Shown: positions 24,625 through 35,070, numbered from the stretch's first letter. The stretch: DNA of 64,000 nucleotides from Pseudomonadota bacterium (GCA_041695325.1 JBGFRC010000001.1:7686-71685); one strand, 5' to 3'. The notes: generated by a model from the sequence alone, not told the origin. A program made the numbers and translations.

Positions 24625-25740
24625 ATGAACCTGCGCAGCCTTGCGCTGGCGGCGGCGCTCGCGCTCGCCCCGGGTACGGTGCTCGCGCAGAGCGCGGAGG
24701 ACAGGCGCGAGTGGCCGCGGACCGATTTTTCGCGCCGCACGGTGGACCTCGCCGAGATCGAATCGGGCGGGCCGCCCAAGGACGGCATTCCGGCGATCGA
24801 CCGCCCGAGGTTCGTGGGCGCGCGCGCCGCGCGCACCTGGCTCAAGGCGAAAGAGCCGGTGATCGTGCTGCGCCTCGGGGGCGAGGCCCGTGCCTACCCG
24901 CTCCAGATCCTGATGTTCCACGAGATCGTGAACGACATGGTCGGCGGTGTGCCGGTCGCGGTCACGTTCTGCCCGCTATGCAACGCCTCGATCGTGTTCG
25001 AGCGCCGGGTCGGCGAGCGCGTGCTCGACTTCGGCACCACAGGGCGGCTCCGGCTCTCCGACCTCGTGATGTACGACCGGCAGACCGAATCCTGGTGGCA
25101 GCAGTTCACCGGCAAGGGGATCGTCGGGCACTATGCGGGAACTGAACTCGTGCGCTTGCCCTCGGAGATCGTCGCCTTCGAGGACTTCTCCGCCGCGCAT
25201 CCGATGGGGCTGGTGCTCTCGCGCGAGACGGGTCATGCGCGCCCGTACGGGCGCAACCCCTACGCGGGCTACGACCGGATCGACCGGAGCCCGTTGCTGT
25301 TCTCCTCGAGGCTGGACCCGCGGCTGCCGCCGATGGAGCGGGTGCTCTCGGTCACCGTGGGCGCAAAGCACCGGCTCTATCCGCTCACGCTGCTGGAAAA
25401 GCATCCCGTCACGAACCGGGAGCTGGAGGGCCTGTCCTACGCCGTGTTCGCCAAGCGCGGCATGGCCTCGCCGCTCGACCGCCCGGAGATCGAGCAGGGG
25501 CGGCCGATTCCGGCGGCGACCGCGTTCGCGCGGCGTCTCGAGGGCCGGACGCTCGAATTTGTCTCCCGCGGCGGCCGCTATTTCGACACGGCGACCGATT
25601 CCGAGTGGAACCTGCTCGGCGAGGCCGTGGCCGGGCCGCTAAAGGGCAAGCGCCTCGCCCCGCTCGAGAGCGGCGTTCACTTCGCCTTCGCCTGGCTCGC
25701 GTTCAACCCGGAAAGCGAGATCGTGCGCAGCCTGCCTTAG
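24625..25740 (+). CDS. secreted DUF3179 domain-containing protein
   Basis: Signal peptide MNLRSLALAAALALAPGTVLA then ...GIPAIDRPRFV...AYPLQILMFHEIVND...FCPLCNASIVFERR. 30 nt downstream of doxX, same strand. Confidence 0.7.
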   Translation: MNLRSLALAAALALAPGTVLAQSAEDRREWPRTDFSRRTVDLAEIESGGPPKDGIPAIDRPRFVGARAARTWLKAKEPVIVLRLGGEARAYPLQILMFHEIVNDMVGGVPVAVTFCPLCNASIVFERRVGERVLDFGTTGRLRLSDLVMYDRQTESWWQQFTGKGIVGHYAGTELVRLPSEIVAFEDFSAAHPMGLVLSRETGHARPYGRNPYAGYDRIDRSPLLFSSRLDPRLPPMERVLSVTVGAKHRLYPLTLLEKHPVTNRELEGLSYAVFAKRGMASPLDRPEIEQGRPIPAATAFARRLEGRTLEFVSRGGRYFDTATDSEWNLLGEAVAGPLKGKRLAPLESGVHFAFAWLAFNPESEIVRSLP

Positions 25741-25773
25741 TGGTCTGGTTCATAAATTCGGCAACGTATGTAT

Positions 25774-26075
25774 TCACGCCGCAAGAGGCAAAGGCGAGGG
25801 CTCGGCCGCGAACTTTCTGAGCAGCCGCGTGAGATCATCGCGCGTGAATCGCCAGTCAAACGGCGTGGCCATGCTCTCCAAGTGGTCCTGGAAGCGCAGC
25901 AATCGATCTGCGACCTCCGAAAGGCAGGAGAAGTCGTTGGGGGTAAGCGCCTTGCGCTGGACGATGGAGAAATAGATCTCGATCTGGTTGAGCCAATTGG
26001 TGTGAACCGGACCGTGAACGAGGACCAAGTTCGGGTAGGCCTGGGTCAGGCGTCGCACGCAGGGCTGGCCGCCTG
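25774..26075 (-). mobile_element. IS630-family transposase gene remnant (C-terminal ~100 codons only)
   Basis: Translation ...NLVLVHGPVHTNWLNQIEIYFSIVQRKALTPNDFSCLSEVADRLLRFQDHLESMATPFDWRFTRDDL matches the C-terminus of DDE_3/IS630 transposases. The frame is closed by a stop immediately upstream, so the N-terminal ~240 codons are missing. Confidence 0.7.
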
Positions 26076-26079
26076 GCGC

Positions 26080-26130
26080 GTGTTTCCGGGAAATTAACGC
26101 TCAAAACTACCCACACGACTTCCAGAAGAG
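26080..26130. repeat. 50-bp junction motif, copy 2
   Basis: ttccgggaaattaacgctcaaaactacccacacgacttccagaagagcc. It is followed at 26137-26215 by a second copy of the tal 5' region, including ATGAAATTT and then a stop. Confidence 0.6.
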
Positions 26131-26239
26131 CCTAAGAAATTTCATCACCACCTCCTGCCTTCAGGCATGACACCGTCAAGTTTCATGCCCAAAGCCAAAT
26201 GATGTTAGAATTTCGCGTTCGTTATGTATAAAAGCATGC

Positions 26240-26890
26240 TTATAAGCCGCTCTTCTTCCAGTCGGCCAGGAACTGCTCCAGGCCGAGGGTGGTGAGCGGG
26301 TGTTGGTACATCTGCTCCAGCACCTTGAACGGCAGGGTGGTGACGTGCGCGCCGATGCGCGCGGCTTCGATTACGTGGGTGACGTGGCGGATAGAGGCCA
26401 CCAGCACCTGTGTCTTCCATTCGTAATTGCGGTAAATGTCCACGATTTCCCCGATGAGCTTCATGCCGTGCTCGCCGACGTCATCCATTCTGCCCACAAA
26501 GGGTGACACAAACGCCGCTCCCGCCTTGGCGGCGAGGATGGCCTGCGCGGCGGAAAAGCACAAGGTGGCGTTGACCATCACACCCTCCTTGCTCAACACC
26601 GAGCAGGCGCGCATGCCGTCAGGCGTGAGCGGGAGTTTGACCGCGACGTTGGGCGCGATTTTGGCCAGCTCGCGGCCTTGTTTCAACATCCCCTCGTAAT
26701 CCGTTGCCACCACTTCAGCGCTGACCGGGCCTTGCACCATCTCGCAGATCATCGCAATCTGCTTATGAAAGCTGATACCGGTTTCCTTGGCTAGCAGCGA
26801 TGGATTGGTGGTCACACCGTCAGCCATGCCCAGTTCCACGGCCTTGCGAATATCCTCCAGATGTCCCGTGTCTATAAAAAATTTCATCAC
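26240..26890 (-). CDS. fructose-6-phosphate aldolase / transaldolase (TalC/Fsa subfamily)
   Basis: 216 aa MMKFFIDTGHLEDIRKAVELGMADGVTTNPSLL..., the short transaldolase family. Intact paralog of the pseudogene at 20215-20532. Confidence 0.9.
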   Translation of the reverse strand: MMKFFIDTGHLEDIRKAVELGMADGVTTNPSLLAKETGISFHKQIAMICEMVQGPVSAEVVATDYEGMLKQGRELAKIAPNVAVKLPLTPDGMRACSVLSKEGVMVNATLCFSAAQAILAAKAGAAFVSPFVGRMDDVGEHGMKLIGEIVDIYRNYEWKTQVLVASIRHVTHVIEAARIGAHVTTLPFKVLEQMYQHPLTTLGLEQFLADWKKSGL

Positions 26891-26982
26891 CGCCCCCTGC
26901 CTCCAGGCGTTACACAGTCAAGCTTCATGCTTAAAGCCAAATGATGTTAGAATTCCGCGTTTGTCAGCGCCATGGAGTATGC

Positions 26983-28236
<1,254 letters not shown>

Positions 28237-28343
28237 ACAGCCCATGACTCTGCCGCACCGCAAATATCTGCTGATTCTCGCTGCACTGTCCAAACCGCTC
28301 GGCGAAGACGAAATCGCCCGCCTGTGGCGGGAGCGGTAAGCCC

Positions 28344-28694
28344 TTATGCGCGCAGCAACGCTTCTATTTTGGCTGCGCAGATAAAGTCGTTTTCCGACAA
28401 ACCCTTGATGGCGTGCGTGGTAAAGCGCACGCGGCATTTGTTGTAGCTCACTTCCAGATCGGGATGATGGTCTTCCTGATGCGCGATCCAGGCCAAGGCG
28501 TTGACAAAGGCCATGGTCTGATAATGGTTTTTGAATTGGAAGGTGCGGCTGATTTCAGTGGCGGTCTCATTCAGCTCCCAGCCGCTGATTTGATTCAGCA
28601 GGTCGCGCGCCTGCGCGGCGCTGAGCGGCTGGGTTCCGCCTTCGCAGACCTTGCAGTGTTTGTTTAGCAGACCGGTTGTCATAGCTTCCTCCAC
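28344..28694 (-). CDS. phhB: 4a-hydroxytetrahydrobiopterin dehydratase
   Basis: ...FKNHYQTMAFVNALAWIAHQEDHHPDLEVSYNKCRVRFTTH..., the PCD/DCoH signature. Confidence 0.85.
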   Translation of the reverse strand: MEEAMTTGLLNKHCKVCEGGTQPLSAAQARDLLNQISGWELNETATEISRTFQFKNHYQTMAFVNALAWIAHQEDHHPDLEVSYNKCRVRFTTHAIKGLSENDFICAAKIEALLRA

Positions 28695-28733
28695 CCTCTC
28701 CCCGGCTCCGTCCCTGCGAGGGGGAGGGAGAAA

Positions 28734-29036
28734 TTACTTGAACTTGTAGAACGTCCGGTTGAGATACGCGGTCACGTCCTCGATTTGCTCGTCCGTCCAT
28801 TTCAGGCGCGCGTTCGTTTCGCAGAAGCGCACGCGCTTTTTCAAGGCGTCCAGCGAGTGGATGATGCGGTTGGACCGCATATGCACCGAGGTGTCGTGAC
28901 AACCCATGCAGTTCGCTTGATACAGCGCCTCGCCGCGCTTGGCATCGGCGGCCTGGAGCGCGCCGCTGCCCAGCATGAGCACGGCGCTGAGCATGATTAA
29001 ATTCATTGACCGCTTCATGGTTGATCTCCGTATCAT
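28734..29036 (-). CDS. small periplasmic c-type cytochrome
   Basis: Signal peptide plus a single CMGCH heme-binding motif. Confidence 0.7.
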   Translation of the reverse strand: MIRRSTMKRSMNLIMLSAVLMLGSGALQAADAKRGEALYQANCMGCHDTSVHMRSNRIIHSLDALKKRVRFCETNARLKWTDEQIEDVTAYLNRTFYKFK

Positions 29037-30280
29037 CCCCTGACCTTCGCCAACAAATGACTCACCCTCGCCGGCGCGGGCGGATGCGAGTCATGGAACG
29101 CGGAGTATACCGGATCGGGGGTGAGCGTGTTGGCGTTTTCCTTATACAGCTTGACCAGCGCCTCGGCCAGGGCGCGCGCATCGCTCTGCTCGGCGGCGAA
29201 GTCGTCGGCCTCGAATTCATCCCTGCGCGAAAGCCAGGCGAATGCCGGCTGCAAGAACAGGCTGAACACGGGCGCGACCAGCAGGAACAAGACCAGCGCG
29301 GTGTACAGCGACGGTTGTTGCACACCGAGGCCGGTGTAAAACCAGGGTTGATTGATCAGCCAGCCGAGCAGCGCCAGGCCGGCCAGACTGAAGACCAGGC
29401 CCTGGAACAGGCGTTTTTGCACGTGCCTGCGCTTGAAGTGCCCCAGCTCATGCGCCAGCACCGCCTCGATCTCGGCGGGCTGCAGCTGGCTCATCAGGGT
29501 GTCGAAAAACACGATGCGTTTGTTGGTTCCCAAACCGGTGAAATAGGCGTTACCGTGTCCACTGCGGCGCGAACCGTCCATGACGAAGATGCCGTTGCTG
29601 GTGAAGCCGCACTTTTGCAGCAGGATCTGGATACGCTGGCGCAAGGCCTCGTCCGTCAAGGGGCTGAATTTGTTGAACAGCGGCGCAATGAAGGCGGGAT
29701 AGGCCCACATCATGAGCAGGCCGAAACCCGCCCACACCAGCCAGACATACAGCCACCATAATCCGCCCGTCGTTTGCATCAGCCACAGCACCAGCGCGCT
29801 GAGCGGCGCACCCAGGGCAAGCAACAGCAGCGCCTGCTTGCCCAGATCGGCGGCGAACAGGCGCGGCGTAGTGCGATTGAAGCCGAAGCGTTGTTCGATG
29901 ACAAAGGTGCGGTAGAAGGAGAACGGCAAATCCAACAGCGCCATAATGGCCACGGTGCTGAGAGTAAAGGCGACACCGGTCGCCAACTGCCCCCAGGCCA
30001 GCGCGCGCCAGAGCTGGTCGAGCATGTTCAGCCCTCCGCCCAGCGTCCACAGGCCGAGCCACAGCGCTCCTGCCGCCAACTCGACCTCGGCCAGGCGCAG
30101 CTTGGCCGCGGTGTAGTCGGCGGCCTTGTGGTGGGCTTCCAGGGGGATCTGCGCGCGGAAGGCTTCCGGCACTTCGGCGCGGTGCGCCAGGACGTGGGCA
30201 CGCTGGCGGCGTATGAGCCAAAGCTGCAGAACCCATCCCGCCGTCAACGCCAACACGAAAATCCAGGAAAAGGTATTCAT
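29033..30280 (-). CDS. M48 family metallopeptidase (Ste24/HtpX-like)
   Basis: HELGHFKRRH zinc motif, multiple TM helices. Start at internal Met MNTFSWIF (complement of 30278-30280); the upstream in-frame extension has no homology. Confidence 0.85.
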   Translation of the reverse strand: MNTFSWIFVLALTAGWVLQLWLIRRQRAHVLAHRAEVPEAFRAQIPLEAHHKAADYTAAKLRLAEVELAAGALWLGLWTLGGGLNMLDQLWRALAWGQLATGVAFTLSTVAIMALLDLPFSFYRTFVIEQRFGFNRTTPRLFAADLGKQALLLLALGAPLSALVLWLMQTTGGLWWLYVWLVWAGFGLLMMWAYPAFIAPLFNKFSPLTDEALRQRIQILLQKCGFTSNGIFVMDGSRRSGHGNAYFTGLGTNKRIVFFDTLMSQLQPAEIEAVLAHELGHFKRRHVQKRLFQGLVFSLAGLALLGWLINQPWFYTGLGVQQPSLYTALVLFLLVAPVFSLFLQPAFAWLSRRDEFEADDFAAEQSDARALAEALVKLYKENANTLTPDPVYSAFHDSHPPAPARVSHLLAKVRG

Positions 30281-30362
30281 GGGCACATCAGAGTTCGAGC
30301 GGCTCAGCATAGCCTTTGATACAATGCCCTGCAAGTGGCGGTCTGAATAACAAGGAAAACTC

Positions 30363-30920
30363 ATGGCGCAAAACCCCAATAATCTGATCTGGATAGACCT
30401 GGAGATGACCGGACTCAACACCGATAGCGACCGCATCATTGAAATCGCCACCGTGGTCACCGACAATGGCCTGAATGTCATCGAGGAGGGGCCGGTGTTC
30501 GCCATCCACCAAAGCGAGGAGGTGCTCGCCGCCATGGATGACTGGAATACGCAGCAGCACAATCAGTCCGGGCTGGTGGCGCGCGTGCGCGCCAGCCGGG
30601 TCAATGAAATAGAGGCCGAGCAAAGGACGCTGGAATTCCTGCAAAGGCACGTGCCGCGCAACAAATCTCCCATGTGCGGCAACAGCATCTGTCAGGACCG
30701 GCGCTTTTTGTACCGCGCCATGCCGGACCTGGAAAAATATTTTCACTACCGCAATCTGGACGTGAGCACGGTAAAGGAGCTGGCGCGGCGCTGGGCGCCC
30801 GCGCTCGCCGACGGCTTCGTGAAAACCCCGGCGCATCTTGCGTTGGAGGACATCTACGACTCGATCCGGGAGCTTAAACATTACCGCGATCTGCTCTTCA
30901 AGCTCCCGGGAGTGCCGTAA
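30363..30920 (+). CDS. orn: oligoribonuclease
   Basis: [12 protein letters not shown]...; DEDDh exonuclease, 185 aa. Confidence 0.95.
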   Translation: MAQNPNNLIWIDLEMTGLNTDSDRIIEIATVVTDNGLNVIEEGPVFAIHQSEEVLAAMDDWNTQQHNQSGLVARVRASRVNEIEAEQRTLEFLQRHVPRNKSPMCGNSICQDRRFLYRAMPDLEKYFHYRNLDVSTVKELARRWAPALADGFVKTPAHLALEDIYDSIRELKHYRDLLFKLPGVP

Positions 30921-30940
30921 TAATTCATCTCGGCCAAGAG

Positions 30941-31942
30941 GTGAACCGGCAAATGGACCAACCCCTGCGCGTCCTGTTTGGCGGCGATGTCATGCTGGGA
31001 CGCATCGTGGCGCAATACCTCGGGGCGCACGGCGCGGATTATCCTCTCGGCGGGATCGCCGCGCGCATGAGCGCGGCGGACGTGACCGTGGTCAATCTGG
31101 AGTGCGCCATCACCTCCTCCACCCAGCCGTGGCGCGGCGCGCCCAAGGCCTTTTATTTCGGCGCTCCGCCGGAGGCGGCGCAGTCCCTGGAAAATGCCGG
31201 CGTTGATCTGGTGAGCCTGGCCAATAATCACGCCCTGGATTTCGACAGCGAGGGTCTGCTGGATACGCTGCGTCATTTGGATGAACGCGGCATTGCCCAT
31301 GCCGGGGCCGGCCTGAACATGCACGCGGCCTGCTCCCCGGCCTTCGTTGAACGCGAGGGCGTCAAGTTCGGCATGGCGGCCTACTGTGACCATCAGGAAG
31401 ACTTCGCCGCCGGAGACCATCAGCCGGGCATCGCCTATCTGGACCTCGCGGACGAACAACGGGCGCTGGCGGAGATAGGCAAAGCGTGCAACACGCTGCG
31501 CGATAACGGCGCGCACTGGCCCATTTTGTCGCTGCACTGGGGTTCGAACTGGGCGGAGCGCCCTTCAAGCCATTTCGTAAAACTGGCCCGCGCCGCCATA
31601 GACATGGGCTATGGTGTTATCTTCGGCCACAGCGCTCACCTGTTTCAGGGCATCGAGATTTACCGCGGCCGTCCGATCCTCTACGCCGCGGGCGACCTGG
31701 TGGACGATTATTATGTGGACCCCGATTTTCGCAACGACCACCAACTGCTGTTCGAACTGGAGCTCACGCGCGCCTCGCTCCTGCGCATCAACCTGTATCC
31801 GGTCTTTATCGGCGAGTGCCGCACCGAATTCGCCGCCGGAAAGCAGTTTGACTACATCGCCCGGCGCATGACGCGCCTGTGCGCGGAGCTGGGCACGGAG
31901 GTGCGGCGCGCGGAGCATGCACTCTGGATCAACTGCGCCTGA
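30941..31942 (+). CDS. CapA-family (poly-gamma-glutamate synthesis-like) metallophosphatase
   Basis: ...VLFGGDVMLGR...NLECAIT...SLANNHALDF..., the calcineurin-like CapA signature. Confidence 0.7.
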   Translation: MNRQMDQPLRVLFGGDVMLGRIVAQYLGAHGADYPLGGIAARMSAADVTVVNLECAITSSTQPWRGAPKAFYFGAPPEAAQSLENAGVDLVSLANNHALDFDSEGLLDTLRHLDERGIAHAGAGLNMHAACSPAFVEREGVKFGMAAYCDHQEDFAAGDHQPGIAYLDLADEQRALAEIGKACNTLRDNGAHWPILSLHWGSNWAERPSSHFVKLARAAIDMGYGVIFGHSAHLFQGIEIYRGRPILYAAGDLVDDYYVDPDFRNDHQLLFELELTRASLLRINLYPVFIGECRTEFAAGKQFDYIARRMTRLCAELGTEVRRAEHALWINCA

Positions 31943-31950
31943 AAGCGGGC

Positions 31951-32499
31951 CTAGCCGGCCAGACGGTGTTTGCCGATGCTCACCATTTTTGCCTGCGGCC
32001 CCTCCTCGCCCTGCTCTTCGAGGTACAGCACCTCGGCGCCGATCCGCAGGTGATCAAACGGCGGATGCACCACGCTGTTGCGATGAAAATAAATCTGCTC
32101 GCCGTCCAGCGTTTCGATGAAACCGTAGCCTTCGTCCGGGAACAGTTTGACGATGCGTCCGTGGAGATGTTCCTCATGCGTCTTCACGTCGCCGCGCTGC
32201 TGCCGCGCGTAATCCTCCAGCTGGCGGCCCGCGGCGTTAAACGCGTCGCGCAACGCCACGTACACGTCCTCATCCGGCTGGCGATTCACCGCGATCTCAC
32301 CCCCCGGCACGGTGATATCAATGCGCACATTGTAGAGCTTGCCCTGATGATGATGTTTCTGGGGCATGTCCACCACCACCCGGCAACCCATGATGCGGTC
32401 ATAAAACGATTCCAGCTTTTTCACCTTTTGCCGGATGCGCGCTTCCACGGCCGGAGAAGGGGGCATGTCACGAAAGGTAATTTGCAACGGAATCTGCAT
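31951..32499 (-). CDS. HPF/RaiA-family ribosome-associated protein fused to a C-terminal cold-shock domain
   Basis: N-terminus MQIPLQITFRDMPPSPAVEARIRQKVKKLE... (sigma-54 modulation/HPF fold). C-terminus RIVKLFPDEGYGFIETLDGEQIYFHRNSV, an S1-like CSD motif. Confidence 0.7.
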   Translation of the reverse strand: MQIPLQITFRDMPPSPAVEARIRQKVKKLESFYDRIMGCRVVVDMPQKHHHQGKLYNVRIDITVPGGEIAVNRQPDEDVYVALRDAFNAAGRQLEDYARQQRGDVKTHEEHLHGRIVKLFPDEGYGFIETLDGEQIYFHRNSVVHPPFDHLRIGAEVLYLEEQGEEGPQAKMVSIGKHRLAG

Positions 32500-32603
32500 G
32501 ACGTCACTCCTTGTCTTTTGACGTTTCCACTGTAAGGTAAAAAAACGTCGTCAATCTTTGATCTGGCGCAAGGTTTTCACCCGCATGCTTTTTAAAATCC
32601 ACT

Positions 32604-33635
32604 ATGCATGAAATTGACGGCTCTTACGGAGAAGGCGGAGGGCAACTGGTGCGCACGGCGGTGGCGCTCTCCGCCATGACCGGCCGCGCAATCGCGCTGC
32701 GCAATGTCCGCGCGCGGCGTCCCAAGCCGGGGCTCGCCGCCCAGCACCTCACCGCGGTGCGCGCGGCAGCGGCCCTGTGCCGGGCGGAGATCACCGGCCT
32801 GGAATTAGGCGCGCGCGAGTTCACCTTCCGCCCCGGCAGGCCGCAAGGCGGATACTATGATTTCAACGTGGGTACGGCGGGGAGCGTGGTTCTGGTTTTA
32901 CAGGCGGCGCTGCCGGCCGCGTTTGCCTGCGGGGAGCCGATACACCTGCGTCTTGCCGGTGGCACCGACGTCAAGGCCGCGCCGCCTCTGGATTATTTCC
33001 GTTACGTGCTGTTGCCGCTGCTCTCCAGGATGGGGTTGCCCGTGAACGTCACCGTGCTGCGCCGCGGCTACTACCCGCGCGGCGGCGGCGTGATCGAGGT
33101 GTCGCTGTCGCCGGTGGGGCAACTGCATCCACTCCATCTGGACACATTGGGAGCCGTGCAGGAGATCGAGGGCATCATCCACACCGCCAATCTGGCGGAC
33201 CATGTCGCGGAGCGTATGCGGCAAGCGGCGCTGCGCAGGCTCGAGGGTTTTGCCAACGCGCGCATAGACTGCCGGCGGCTGAGCCGCAGCGAGGCCATAG
33301 GACACGGCGGCGCCATCGTGCTCTGGGCGCGCACGCAGCACGCGCTGCTGGGCGCGGCTTCCACCGCGGAACGCGGCGTGCCCGCGGAGCGCATCGGGGA
33401 GGAAGCGGCCCAGGCCCTGGATGATGAAATCCGCGCCGGCGCGACGATGGATATCCACGCCTCCGACCAACTGCTGATCTATCTCGCGCTGGCGCAGGGC
33501 GCGTCGCGCCTGCTGCTGCGCCGACTCACCTCCCACGCCCAAACCACGCTGTGGCTGCTGCGGCAATTTCTGCCGCTGCGTTTCCAAACCACCCCAAGGG
33601 GAGAGCTGACGTGCCTGGACATCATCCCGCGCTGA
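32604..33635 (+). CDS. rtcA: RNA 3'-terminal phosphate cyclase
   Basis: MHEIDGSYGEGGGQLVRTAVALSAMTGRAIALRNVRARRPKPGL..., canonical RtcA. Confidence 0.9.
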   Translation: MHEIDGSYGEGGGQLVRTAVALSAMTGRAIALRNVRARRPKPGLAAQHLTAVRAAAALCRAEITGLELGAREFTFRPGRPQGGYYDFNVGTAGSVVLVLQAALPAAFACGEPIHLRLAGGTDVKAAPPLDYFRYVLLPLLSRMGLPVNVTVLRRGYYPRGGGVIEVSLSPVGQLHPLHLDTLGAVQEIEGIIHTANLADHVAERMRQAALRRLEGFANARIDCRRLSRSEAIGHGGAIVLWARTQHALLGAASTAERGVPAERIGEEAAQALDDEIRAGATMDIHASDQLLIYLALAQGASRLLLRRLTSHAQTTLWLLRQFLPLRFQTTPRGELTCLDIIPR

Positions 33636-33768
33636 TTGCCAATCCAGTCCAGCCCCACTACAATACACCCGACAGTCACCCGTGTACGGACATAGCCATG
33701 CCTGGTGCACCGCAAATCCGTTTGTTCCACGCCTTCCTGTGCGACGTGCTTGAAATGCAAAGGCAACC

Positions 33769-35052
33769 ATGAAGAAAAGCAAGGCGATGGCGATTAACCC
33801 TGTAACGGGCGGCGTTCCGGCCTGCGAGCCTGGCCGCCGGCACTCACACTCCACCCCGCTGGAACGCTGGCTGGCGGCCAAACTGTTGACGCTGGCTGGC
33901 AACCCGCCCTTGCGTTTGGCGCTGTGGGATGGCGAGGCAATCACCAAGTCCGCCGCGCCCATTCTAGCCAGCATGTGCATCCGCCGCCGCGCGGCGCTTT
34001 ATAAGCTGTTCATCAATCCCAATCTCCATTTCGGCGATCTCTACACGGCAGGCGCTATCGAGGTGGATGGAAACCTGGTCGAGTTCCTGGAGACCGTCTA
34101 TCGCGCGTCGGCTGCAAGGTTTCCCTTCCTCAGGAAAATTCAGACATCGCTGTTCAACCGCCCGCGCTCCAACACGCTGTCCGGTTCGTCCACCAACATT
34201 CATCACCACTATGATCTGAGCAACGAATTTTATGAACTGTGGCTGGACGAGGAGATGCAGTATACCTGCGCCTATTTTCCTTCTCCCGCCATGACGCTGG
34301 AGCAGGCGCAATTCGCCAAGATGGATCACGTCTGCCGCAAACTACGCCTCAAGCCCGGCGAGCGCGTGGTGGAAGCCGGCTGCGGCTGGGGAGGGCTGGC
34401 GCGCCACATGGCGCGCCACTATGGGGTATTGGTGCGCTCCTACAACATTTCCAAGGAACAGGTCCGCTACGCGCGCGAGCGCGCCAAGGCCGAGGGCGTG
34501 AGCGGAGTCGAATATATCGAGGACGATTACCGCAACATCTCCGGCACCTACGACGCCTTCGTGTCGGTGGGCATGCTGGAGCACGTCGGTCTGGATCATT
34601 ACCGTAAACTGGGAGACGTGATTCACCGCTCGCTCACGGAACACGGGCGCGGCTTGATCCACTCCATCGGACGTAACCACCCGGAATTGATGAACGCCTG
34701 GATTGAGAAACGCATCTTCCCCGGCGCCTATCCACCCTGCTTAAGCGAAATGATGAACATTTTCGAGCCGCGCGACTTTTCCGTGCTCGACGTGGAAAAC
34801 CTGCGTTTGCATTACGCCAGGACGCTTGAGCATTGGCTGCTGCGTTTCGAGCAGCATGCCGCGGCGGTGGAAAACATGTTCGACGCGAATTTCGTGCGCG
34901 CCTGGCGGCTTTATCTCGCCGGCTCGCTGGCCGCCTTCCATACCGGCTGCCTGCAACTTTTCCAGGTGGTCTTTACGCGCGGCGCCAACAATCAAATCCC
35001 CTGGTCGCGCGCCCATCTTTACGAAACCGGCCAGCGCGCCCACGCCGTGTGA
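33769..35052 (+). CDS. cfa: cyclopropane-fatty-acyl-phospholipid synthase family methyltransferase
   Basis: SAM motif VVEAGCGWGGLARHMA and CFA synthase C-terminal region. Confidence 0.88.
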   Translation: MKKSKAMAINPVTGGVPACEPGRRHSHSTPLERWLAAKLLTLAGNPPLRLALWDGEAITKSAAPILASMCIRRRAALYKLFINPNLHFGDLYTAGAIEVDGNLVEFLETVYRASAARFPFLRKIQTSLFNRPRSNTLSGSSTNIHHHYDLSNEFYELWLDEEMQYTCAYFPSPAMTLEQAQFAKMDHVCRKLRLKPGERVVEAGCGWGGLARHMARHYGVLVRSYNISKEQVRYARERAKAEGVSGVEYIEDDYRNISGTYDAFVSVGMLEHVGLDHYRKLGDVIHRSLTEHGRGLIHSIGRNHPELMNAWIEKRIFPGAYPPCLSEMMNIFEPRDFSVLDVENLRLHYARTLEHWLLRFEQHAAAVENMFDANFVRAWRLYLAGSLAAFHTGCLQLFQVVFTRGANNQIPWSRAHLYETGQRAHAV

Positions 35053-35070
35053 AGCATTCATCGTCCCCTC

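Noticed and set aside
28690-28733. Possible terminator hairpin ccctctcccc...ggggagggag downstream of the cytochrome c gene.
   Set aside because: The stem is imperfect (8 of 10), it lacks a U-run, and it overlaps the probable phhB start region. It is too weak to call.
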